Of a stretch of DNA of 32,000 nt, positions 1 to 7,378 are shown piece after piece. The stretch comes from an archaeon. GTDB taxonomy: Archaea > Asgardarchaeota > Thorarchaeia > Thorarchaeales > Thorarchaeaceae. Position 1 is the first letter of the stretch, and the number at the start of each line of letters is the position of its first letter. Where the stretch lies: assembly GCA_024275415.1 (NCBI GenBank), contig JAJRZD010000064.1, positions 30,001-62,000 of the forward strand. Direction: 5' to 3'. The notes beneath the pieces are model-generated. The model was not told the origin of the DNA and searched no databases. It worked only from the letters and a program-made list of their open reading frames with translations. Position numbers and translations under genes: made by a program.

Positions 1-298
1 TTTCAAGTATCAAGAACTCGTCGTCTAATGTTATGGATGGACTAAGGTTATTGACTCGTGCATATGCTAATGTTGTCCCAGATGACACCAGCAATATGCA
101 TAGAATTGATTCTATGAAGAATCTGTTAGTTACAATTGAATAAGGGTAAACCCCTAGGAAGGGCAAGAAATATACTCCACCGAGATAGAACGCAGATATT
201 ACTATCACCACCGCCCAAAAGAAAATTAAAAGCGTCAAGAGGGATGGTAATCGTTGTGCAAGTTTTCTTGCATACAATTCAGGATTGATTTTCAACAT
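1..298 (-). CDS. Membrane protein, runs off the left edge (N-terminal 99 aa visible)
   Basis: Not in the ORF track. Manual translation from ATG at 298 gives MLKINPELYARKLAQRLPSLLTLLIFFWAVVIVISAFYLGGVYFLPFLGVY...FFIESILCILLVSSGTTLAYARVNNLSPSITLDDEFLILE, open to the edge, with 2-3 hydrophobic segments. A GGAGGA Shine-Dalgarno lies at 308-313. Confidence 0.7.
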   Translation of the reverse strand, partial: MLKINPELYARKLAQRLPSLLTLLIFFWAVVIVISAFYLGGVYFLPFLGVYPYSIVTNRFFIESILCILLVSSGTTLAYARVNNLSPSITLDDEFLILE

Positions 299-566
299 CT
301 TGTTTGTTCCTCCTTTGAAGATGAATTGTTTAGAGTGTGCTAATGGGCAGTCTTATTCAAAAAAGAGTTCATCACTATGCCATAAGAACTACTAGATAAC
401 TGCTCCCTATCTACTATCGCCGATTGCAGAAAGTAAAAAACCTGCCAATCTTGTCATCAGGTATGTCAAGCCAGAACCGAGATTATGGCAAACAGTTTCG
501 AAGTATTTCATTCATTGAAGAAACAGAAGTTGGGATGTTTCACAGTGCGGGTTTTTTGATTGGAGA

Positions 567-573
567 TTATATA
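567..573 (+). promoter_or_regulatory. Putative TATA box upstream of Ig-repeat protein 1
   Basis: TTATATA, followed 21 nt later by GAGGTT, similar to the TATA-to-GAGGT spacing at the two leader copies. Confidence 0.4.
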
Positions 574-737
574 CCCGGATAAGAGAAAATGACTGAGGTT
601 GATTCGGATAAACACACAATCCCTGAACTCCTCCTAGTTCCATTTCTGGAAGAACAGCACTCTACCTAGGGCCGTCCAAATAATGAATCGTAACCCTATC
701 GAATCCCCTGTCAATAATAGAATAAGAGGTTGATCCT

Positions 738-2735
738 GTGCCAAATAGACTGTCGTCCCATCAATCAAGGTTTCCCCTGATCCGATGCTTTCTCTTTGTT
801 ATCCTCGGATTAAGCATTGTTCTCTTTCTAATACCCATACCAGCATCAGCCACGAGCTCTACCCTAGTTTCTCGAGGCGAGCCATTTCAAATCTCTGTAA
901 CCCTTTTGACAAATACAACAGATGGTGAGCTGTTGTCGAATCAGGTAGTTGAGTTCTATGACGAAACATACGATACCTTTCTTGGCGAGGCTGTCACTAA
1001 CGAACTGGGTATTGCCACCCTTGATTATGCATTCCCTCTCACACATCCAAAAGGGTACACACTGGTCAATGCAACATTTAGAGGGAATGAGTCCCAATCT
1101 CTCGCTCCCTCTTATCAATGGATTCTTTTTCTTGTAACGTCTCTCACTTCAATGGAATTAAATTATTCTAGCACCCTTCTTGCTCCAAATGACGATTTGA
1201 TCATATCAGTATCTCTCACTGACGACTTGGAGAATCCACTTCCCAATGAAAAAATAAGCATCTACTGTGATGGGACGTTGCTTACGACATCTCGTACGAA
1301 TATATCCGGATACGCCTTGGTAGATATCAATCTAGAAAACGCATCGATTGGTGTTGGACACCATTCTATTTTAGTTGTCTATGAAGGCAATAGTACTAGT
1401 TTTGACAGAGGTGTTTCGAATACTTTCGATTTTGAGGTTCGGAAGATTACGACGAGCATCAATCCCCTAGAACCAATTAATGAGTCACTTGAATTAAACC
1501 AGACTATTGGGGTCGATGTTGAGGTAATCTCAAACGAAGGTCCTCTTAGTGATGTGCCCTTGTCTATCCTGATAGATGGCACTGTTATTGGCAAATCATC
1601 AACAGACTCGATAGGTCGAGCATATTTCACCATCTGGCTAAATGAGTCATACTCTTTAGGCTTTCACATATTAGAAATCCAATATTCTGGTGACATCCGG
1701 CATGATTCAAGTGCATTACAGGTTGAAGTCAAGATTATCACGGATCTCCTGTTGGGCATTACACATGACCCTATCGCTACAATAAATTCTACCATTGGCA
1801 TTGATTTGGAAGTACTTGACATTCTTGCACGACCTCTTCCTCATGTATTTGTCACATTGTCTGATACCACTGCAAATCGAACCGTGTTCTTCGAGTATGT
1901 ATATCAATCTGAAATAACACTAGAATTCGCAATTACTGGGACATTGGGAATGCACAAGTTCTACCTAACCGCAGAGAGCGGGTTTGCCAAATCCAATGAC
2001 ACCGAAACTTTTCTCATAGAAGTTTGGATAATGCCTTCTTTCCGTATCATCTCATCGAATATATTTGGCTATGCAACCCCCGAACAAACAATTCAGTTAA
2101 CAGCCCGTTTGAGTGATAATCTCGGTAACCTATCACACAAGTCTGTTACAGCACTCTTCTCATGGAACGCAGATAATCTATATATGACTAGTGATCAATT
2201 TGGCATCATCCGATTGACAATCACAAGCCCCGCTCTCCTTGGAATTCATAGTATTCTTCTCAACTTCAATGGAAGTCCTTCTGATTTTGAGTTTCCCTCC
2301 ACATATCAGTATTTCTTCAACGTAAGCACAAGCATCCCTGTGAGAATAACCGATTTCGTCTTCGATATCGATTACATAACGCGTTCAATATCTCTGAGAT
2401 TGCAGATATACATCCTCAATGTAACCCCCTTAAGTAGGGTTCCTGTTGAAATACGCTGGCATATCTCCCCACCTATCTCTATAATGCCTTCTCCCGAAGG
2501 GAGATTGTTTCTATCTCTGTCTTTACCACTAAACCCCGGACTATATGAATTTGGTTGCCATATCCCCACGGGAAAGGGTATTGGGGCACATTCAGAAACA
2601 CTCTACATTGTCATAAACCCTACAGACTCGAATGTTTCTGAGGGTATAGGATTCTACCCCTTAGCACTCGGCATCTTAGGCTCTTTTTTGCTTCCAGTTC
2701 TACCGAAGATACGAAAGAAATCAATCACAAGATGA
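738..2735 (+). CDS. Secreted, C-terminally membrane-anchored protein with about 5 Ig-like (Big-type) repeats
   Basis: N-terminal signal peptide (FLFVILGLSIVLFLIPIPASA). About 100-aa repeats of the pattern V.L.D..G.PL.N..V.I..DG..L....TN..G.A.......G.H.I...Y.G. C-terminal TM (FYPLALGILGSFLLPVL) plus a basic tail (KIRKK). Confidence 0.75.
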   Translation: MPNRLSSHQSRFPLIRCFLFVILGLSIVLFLIPIPASATSSTLVSRGEPFQISVTLLTNTTDGELLSNQVVEFYDETYDTFLGEAVTNELGIATLDYAFPLTHPKGYTLVNATFRGNESQSLAPSYQWILFLVTSLTSMELNYSSTLLAPNDDLIISVSLTDDLENPLPNEKISIYCDGTLLTTSRTNISGYALVDINLENASIGVGHHSILVVYEGNSTSFDRGVSNTFDFEVRKITTSINPLEPINESLELNQTIGVDVEVISNEGPLSDVPLSILIDGTVIGKSSTDSIGRAYFTIWLNESYSLGFHILEIQYSGDIRHDSSALQVEVKIITDLLLGITHDPIATINSTIGIDLEVLDILARPLPHVFVTLSDTTANRTVFFEYVYQSEITLEFAITGTLGMHKFYLTAESGFAKSNDTETFLIEVWIMPSFRIISSNIFGYATPEQTIQLTARLSDNLGNLSHKSVTALFSWNADNLYMTSDQFGIIRLTITSPALLGIHSILLNFNGSPSDFEFPSTYQYFFNVSTSIPVRITDFVFDIDYITRSISLRLQIYILNVTPLSRVPVEIRWHISPPISIMPSPEGRLFLSLSLPLNPGLYEFGCHIPTGKGIGAHSETLYIVINPTDSNVSEGIGFYPLALGILGSFLLPVLPKIRKKSITR

Positions 2736-2745
2736 TATACCTGAA

Positions 2746-2855
2746 TGGTGCTCCGGCCGGGATTCGAACCCGGGTCGGGGGATCGAGAGTCCCCCATGCT
2801 GGGCCGGACTACACTCGGCTACCTGAATTACATCATTCCAAGTATCTACCGGAGC
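2746..2855 (-). tRNA. tRNA-Glu(CTC) with a 32-nt non-canonical intron at position 10/11 (intron 2814-2845); CCA encoded
   Basis: Exon 1 GCTCCGGTAG (2855-2846) plus exon 2 TGTAGTCCGGCCCAGCATGGGGGA-CTCTCGA-TCCCCCGACCCGGGTTCGAATCCCGGCCGGAGCACCA gives a complete cloverleaf. A BHB motif (helix CGGT/GCCG, bulges AG^A and AG^T) cuts exactly at 10/11. Confidence 0.93.
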
Positions 2856-2967
2856 GAAGCAATAACCAGTCCGGAGCACCACTGCACCAATTAACCCGCC
2901 AAATAAGGTTTTCTCACTGCACCAAGAAAAATCTTGGGAGGGCTTGCGAAAATTATTTCCAACAAAC

Positions 2968-3177
2968 TTATCCTGATGGCCATAAATCTGTCAATCCGGT
3001 CCAACTATCCTCAAGAATTTGAAGAAGACCAGCTATCACCTCCTGTGCCCACCCTGTCGCTTGTAAGATGACCGCAATCACAATAGAAATTGTGATTACT
3101 GCAAGCCCGAGCAGCAGACTCTCCTCAACCAGAGGCCCTCCTGTATCTTCTTCTATGATTGTGGGAATTCTTGCCAT
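2968..3177 (-). CDS. Flp/Fap-like type IV pilin (69 aa)
   Basis: EEDTG|GPLVEE: Gly at -1 and Glu at +5, then a ~20-aa hydrophobic helix. Small size, AGGTG SD upstream, adjacent to a secretion ATPase. Confidence 0.7.
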   Translation of the reverse strand: MARIPTIIEEDTGGPLVEESLLLGLAVITISIVIAVILQATGWAQEVIAGLLQILEDSWTGLTDLWPSG

Positions 3178-3207
3178 GATATGTCACACCTTTATGTTGA
3201 TTTGACC

Positions 3208-3311
3208 GTTCATTGTAAGTTGCACGAACTTTATACACCAGAGTGAAGTGCTCTCAGATAACGGCACTGAGTGGACTCTGTGAGGTCAAAGAGTGTGTAT
3301 GGGCAACCTCA
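3208..3311 (-). promoter_or_regulatory. Conserved structured leader, copy 1 (upstream of pilin)
   Basis: Shares identical 15-nt (3274-3288) and 26-nt (3220-3245) blocks with 7253-7351. Stems TGAGGTT/GACCTCA and CAGAGT/ACTCTG. Begins about 25 nt after TTTATAT (3336-3342). Confidence 0.75.
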
Positions 3312-3335
3312 TACTTTTCTTTCATGGAACCGGAC

Positions 3336-3342
3336 ATATAAA
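3336..3342 (-). promoter_or_regulatory. TATA box for pilin leader
   Basis: CTTTATATG on the minus strand, at archaeal TATA-to-TSS spacing from the start of leader copy 1. Confidence 0.55.
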
Positions 3343-3474
3343 GTCCTATACGCCCTTGTCATTTGAACCTCAAAGTAATGCACACTCCCTCTCAGGTTTT
3401 GTGCAGTTGCTGGCCCAGTGCCTTTAATCTTGCCAAAGACAGAAGTCCGATCCATTCATCGCATCGGCTAACAG

Positions 3475-5172
3475 TTACATGTTAACAGACTCCACGATTT
3501 TTGACAAACTAATCTGGTCATATCTGTCCTTTTCTGACACAGCCTTTAACTTGACTACTATTTTTTCAATAATCTCCAGAAATCTTGATGAAACAAACAC
3601 ACCATTTTCGCATGGCTTTCCAAGTCCATCGGGAGTGACAGCAGTATATATGGTGTTGAGTCCATTATATCTCATCAATCCTGAATCGACCTTCTTACAC
3701 ACTTCAGCTATCTCGTTTACATACCGCCTTGAATCCCCGGGAGTTGGCCGTTTCATTGACACAATTATGTCCATTAATGCTAAACTTGCCAAGCTAATAT
3801 TGTGTTCATCCACCCAACGAGTAATCAAGCTTAAGGGCGACCCACTATGACATGTCTGGATTGACCTAAGCCCTGCAGAAATTGACTGGAACAGAGCTTG
3901 ACTATGATCCGCCGTTTGAATCTCTCCCAGTATTAGATAATCGGGCGAACGATGCAGACACTTTATAATCTCAATAGACTTGTCAATGGAACGCGTTTTT
4001 TCCTCTATTGGGTCTACCTTAAACCTAATCTGATGTTGATTCTTTACGACTCTACTTTCAAGAGCATCCTCGATGTATATTTTGCGCCAATGATTTGGCG
4101 TGGTGAAATCTAATGCGTTCATGAGAGTAGTCTTTCCCGTGCCCGGCTCTCCCGTGATTGTGATATTGAATCTCGAGTTTATCGAGAATATGAGAACTGC
4201 TGCCGCCTCGTATGTTAAGGTACCATTTTTTATAAGATCAAAGATTGTGAACGGACGAATCCGTGCTCTACGAATTTCTATACTTGCACCATCAGGTGAA
4301 AGTGGAGGAATACTTATTGACACTCGAAGCAGTATGTCATACACCAACAACTCTGTCTTCAATGATGGGCTTTTTCTATCCAAATGTAAATTGCTTTCTG
4401 CACGAAGAAATGTGCTCAGAACTGCTGTTTCCTTTTTATTCAAACAGACATCAGTTTGCACTCTGCCAAAAATCGAGTGGTCGAAATATACGTTGTCCCC
4501 TGGGAAATCCGAGTAAATCTCTTCAACGTGATCATCCAATATTAGCGGCATTATTTTACCTAACGGATTGTTTTCATTAGCAACTACCTCAGAAATGATT
4601 TCTCTTGTGATTATATTTACTTCGGGAAGTGCCATTGAAATTCTATGATTTACCCATTCACGGGTAGTATCTAATCTCTCCTGAAAGATAACCCTTCTGT
4701 GATTTTCTATCCTGTATCTTTTTAGAAATTCGCTATTCATCTGCTCAAGCAGGGATTTTTCGAGGATACTTTTTACTCTTGGAAAGCTTGCATATCTGAT
4801 TCCCTTATCTTGGCTTGCAAAGAAGAGTGTCAGGTAAGGGCCAATTAGAAATATACCCACTGCATTGATCCAAATCGACAAATCCAATTCTCCAACGAAA
4901 ACGGACTCCCAATGCGTTTCTGCTCCTTTGTACGTTCGCGGACTATCTGACCCCATTTTAATGTGTACGATTTTCCTGCCTGGGTCTACAATAGCAACCG
5001 TATTGTCGGCATCTTCTAGCCGAACCCATATACACTGATCTAATACTGGCTGGCCAGTGCATCCGTTGCATTTATCATTAGGACATTTGATTACGACAGG
5101 TTCATTCCTTTTCATAATGGATTCTAGCATACCTTTCTCCTCACGCTCCGTTTTGTTGGATTGCACCATCAC
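3475..5172 (-). CDS. Type II/IV secretion (VirB11/TadA/CpaF-like) ATPase
   Basis: Walker A GEPGTGKTT, Asp box IEDALE, Walker B YLILGEIQ, His box TCHSGS; RVSISIPPLSPDGASIEIRR motif typical of the family. Confidence 0.9.
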   Translation of the reverse strand: MMVQSNKTEREEKGMLESIMKRNEPVVIKCPNDKCNGCTGQPVLDQCIWVRLEDADNTVAIVDPGRKIVHIKMGSDSPRTYKGAETHWESVFVGELDLSIWINAVGIFLIGPYLTLFFASQDKGIRYASFPRVKSILEKSLLEQMNSEFLKRYRIENHRRVIFQERLDTTREWVNHRISMALPEVNIITREIISEVVANENNPLGKIMPLILDDHVEEIYSDFPGDNVYFDHSIFGRVQTDVCLNKKETAVLSTFLRAESNLHLDRKSPSLKTELLVYDILLRVSISIPPLSPDGASIEIRRARIRPFTIFDLIKNGTLTYEAAAVLIFSINSRFNITITGEPGTGKTTLMNALDFTTPNHWRKIYIEDALESRVVKNQHQIRFKVDPIEEKTRSIDKSIEIIKCLHRSPDYLILGEIQTADHSQALFQSISAGLRSIQTCHSGSPLSLITRWVDEHNISLASLALMDIIVSMKRPTPGDSRRYVNEIAEVCKKVDSGLMRYNGLNTIYTAVTPDGLGKPCENGVFVSSRFLEIIEKIVVKLKAVSEKDRYDQISLSKIVESVNM

Positions 5173-5213
5173 AGTCTATGTACCTTATCGCATAATTCCC
5201 GAACCCTCGGAAT

Positions 5214-6257
5214 TCAGGCTCTAACTGGAATACATCCTGCTTTTTCAATGACACTCTTTATCATACTGTAGTGATCTCGAATACTATACTCTGCAACCTC
5301 CGTTGCTTGTGCTGTAAGTTTCTGGGTCAAGACCGATTTCCTTCCGTGCTCGACAGCTACAAGTCGATCGCTTGCATAGGCCGCAGAAACTGTGAAGATG
5401 AACGGATTTCTTCCTCCTCGCCGTGATGCAGGAATCAATTGAAGAACATCTTGGAGTTTGTCCTTGAGGAAGTTCTCATACTCCGAGGGAGCCCATCCGC
5501 GAGAGCGAATCTTTGCCATGACCCTCTGACTATTCATTAACATGGATATGACTCTGGGAATATAATCTTCAGGCCTGCGTATCTGTGGTACTTGCCCGGT
5601 AACCGCTCGTAATTCGAGGGCTCGTCTAACGATAGTTCGTACGTTCACACGATGTCCACATTTTTCAAAGACTGTCGCAATTTCATCCAAAGTGACAGGT
5701 GCACTTTCTCCAAATTCACGTACAGCGGTCAATAGACATACTGCCATCAACAGTATGTTGTTTGTCACTTTATCAGGCACTTCGGCAAGCATTTTTTTAT
5801 ACAAGTATGCGGTTCGATCCCGCACTTGCTCGTTTAACATCAACAATTTCGAAACATGGTTCAGCGTTCGTAATGCTCTATACTTCGCCTCGTTCTTTCC
5901 AATGCGGATTCTAGCACTATATATTTCCTTTAATCTCTTGAACTTCTTTTGCATATTACTTGGAAGAGATTGCCCACTAGCATCCCTAAAGAATCGATCT
6001 TTATGATAGCCAATATAACTCCCCAAGCCATCCACTATATGCATCCGGTTACCAAGAGACCCAAAGACACTTGCTTCTGGAAGATTCTGGCCGAATTCCT
6101 CTCCCATCTGATATGTAGGGGCAACATACTCTCGCGAGATGACGCGACCACAATCGGAGCAGACGATGAAACCCCTGCTAGCAATGACCGTACCCATACA
6201 ATCAGGGCATTGAAACACAGAATGTTCTAGAACTGATACATCAACCAATGACCACAC
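5214..6257 (-). CDS. Divergent TFIIB/TFB paralog (Zn ribbon + cyclin-fold repeats)
   Basis: CPDC-x15-CSDCG ribbon; degenerate B-reader/linker (FGSLGNRMHIVDGLGSYIG); helical repeats (L.L...V.DRTAYLYKK, PVTLDEIA, GRNPFIFTVSAAY, TQK..AQATEVAEYSIRDHY). Confidence 0.8.
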   Translation of the reverse strand: MWSLVDVSVLEHSVFQCPDCMGTVIASRGFIVCSDCGRVISREYVAPTYQMGEEFGQNLPEASVFGSLGNRMHIVDGLGSYIGYHKDRFFRDASGQSLPSNMQKKFKRLKEIYSARIRIGKNEAKYRALRTLNHVSKLLMLNEQVRDRTAYLYKKMLAEVPDKVTNNILLMAVCLLTAVREFGESAPVTLDEIATVFEKCGHRVNVRTIVRRALELRAVTGQVPQIRRPEDYIPRVISMLMNSQRVMAKIRSRGWAPSEYENFLKDKLQDVLQLIPASRRGGRNPFIFTVSAAYASDRLVAVEHGRKSVLTQKLTAQATEVAEYSIRDHYSMIKSVIEKAGCIPVRA

Positions 6258-6514
6258 CCAGTTTGGCCTACCACAAACTTCCCTAACTAACTTTCAGCAG
6301 GCTGTTATGTGCTAAACCTCCATGCGAATATTACCCGGCGGATAGACAAGGCCATACAAAGAACAAACGGGGCTTGGTGAGATAGAGATGACCGAAAGTA
6401 TTACCAATGCTTGATGCTGGATTCAATGCAACCCATGTAACATCATCAGCCGTGTTATCTCGATATTGCTGTCAGAATCACACAGTATCCCTATAATTAC
6501 ACTCTCATTTCATC

Positions 6515-6532
6515 GTTCATTGTAACTTGGAC
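6515..6532 (-). promoter_or_regulatory. Short motif shared with the 3' end of the two leader copies
   Basis: GTCCAAGTTACAATGAAC; 6514-6532 matches 3207-3225 at 17 of 19 positions. Confidence 0.45.
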
Positions 6533-6710
6533 ATCGAGCAGTGCGTTCAGGCGATGTTCTCTGCTAATCTGTCTTTTTCGAGGTGTTTTGATGAGTTCTT
6601 TATGATATCCCGAGGAACCTGTTGACTTCGGAGAGAGGATCACATTCTGTGGTTCCCGGGTGTCCGATAGCTCTGGGCGAGTCCAACCTTCTCATCGGGT
6701 CATTCGATTC

Positions 6711-7076
6711 TTAAACTATAGCAAGGAATATGTTTTTCGAATCGAATATCTTTCTATGTGATGGTTTTGGAGATGGAAGCGTAAGCATCAATCGAAGACC
6801 ACCAAAGGTGATTGTCACAGACAAACCCGATGAGTCATCTATCTTAAACACAGTTCCCTCCGCGTACAATTTCGCTCCTTCACCCTTTGTCAGCTCCTCT
6901 GAATCAATTATAACCGAAACCATGTCCTTGACATGGAACGGGCCACAAAGAGCTTCTGGCAACTCGATCGATAAGGCAATCCCCTCTTCTTTCGATGTCA
7001 TCCTTAGAACTCTTAGTTTCTTGGTTTCCGTATTCTCGATATCAGTAATCATCGCATCCTTGACACGCAGGGGCAT
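6711..7076 (-). CDS. rpoG: RNA polymerase subunit Rpo8/RpoG (RPB8 homolog)
   Basis: 121-aa beta-rich protein with TFGGLRLML, matching the RPB8/RpoG (S/T)FGGLLM signature. Confidence 0.75.
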   Translation of the reverse strand: MPLRVKDAMITDIENTETKKLRVLRMTSKEEGIALSIELPEALCGPFHVKDMVSVIIDSEELTKGEGAKLYAEGTVFKIDDSSGLSVTITFGGLRLMLTLPSPKPSHRKIFDSKNIFLAIV

Positions 7077-7222
7077 CTTCTATTCTCCAATCTATGGTGA
7101 ATTGCATAATCGAATTAAAGATACCGATAACGTTGTGAATCTAAAGTAGTTACTAACCAGCTGCATGAAACCACACGAAGTTACACATCTCTTGGACTAC
7201 CTTCTGAAACGTCTTGTGGGGC

Positions 7223-7229
7223 TTAAATA
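7223..7229 (+). promoter_or_regulatory. TATA box for Ig-repeat protein 2 leader
   Basis: TTAAATA, 23 nt upstream of the first base of leader copy 2. Confidence 0.55.
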
Positions 7230-7252
7230 GGGACATGGTGAACCTAGAACCA

Positions 7253-7351
7253 GAGGTCTTCGTTGACACAGCTCTGACCTCACAGAGTCACTCAATCGTA
7301 TTGTGGAGCACGACACTCTGGTGTATAAAGTTCGTGCAAGAATCAATGAAC
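7253..7351 (+). promoter_or_regulatory. Conserved structured leader, copy 2 (upstream of Ig-repeat protein 2)
   Basis: GAGGTC-17nt-GACCTC, A, CAGAGT...AGCAC-GAC-ACTCTG, GTGTATAAAGTTCGTGCAA, CAATGAAC; colinear with 3311-3208. Confidence 0.75.
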
Positions 7352-7378
7352 AGTGCTTTCTAGGCACTGGTAGATACA

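Noticed and set aside
2856-2877. A second 22-nt intron in tRNA-Glu using the duplicated GCTCCGG
   Set aside because: The only BHB-compatible register would give A8-C9 instead of the conserved U8 and would break the helix of the 10/11 intron.
2732-3022. 96-aa ORF in the track; likewise 10824-11027 and 21945-22242
   Set aside because: These overlap tRNA genes and are shadow frames with no protein features.
6359-6378. RNase P RNA-like 3' signature (GAACAAACGGGGCTT)
   Set aside because: No matching 5' GAGGAA..TCC P4 strand in non-coding sequence upstream; that space is occupied by the TFB paralog.
6395-6485. C/D-box-like words (CTGA, TGATG, TTGA) on the minus strand
   Set aside because: No intact box C, no terminal stem, and no recognisable rRNA-complementary guide.
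6497-6703. Possible selenoprotein ORF MTR-TGA-EGW... (minus strand)
   Set aside because: No recognisable selenoprotein motif, no SD, no convincing SECIS, and low-information sequence.
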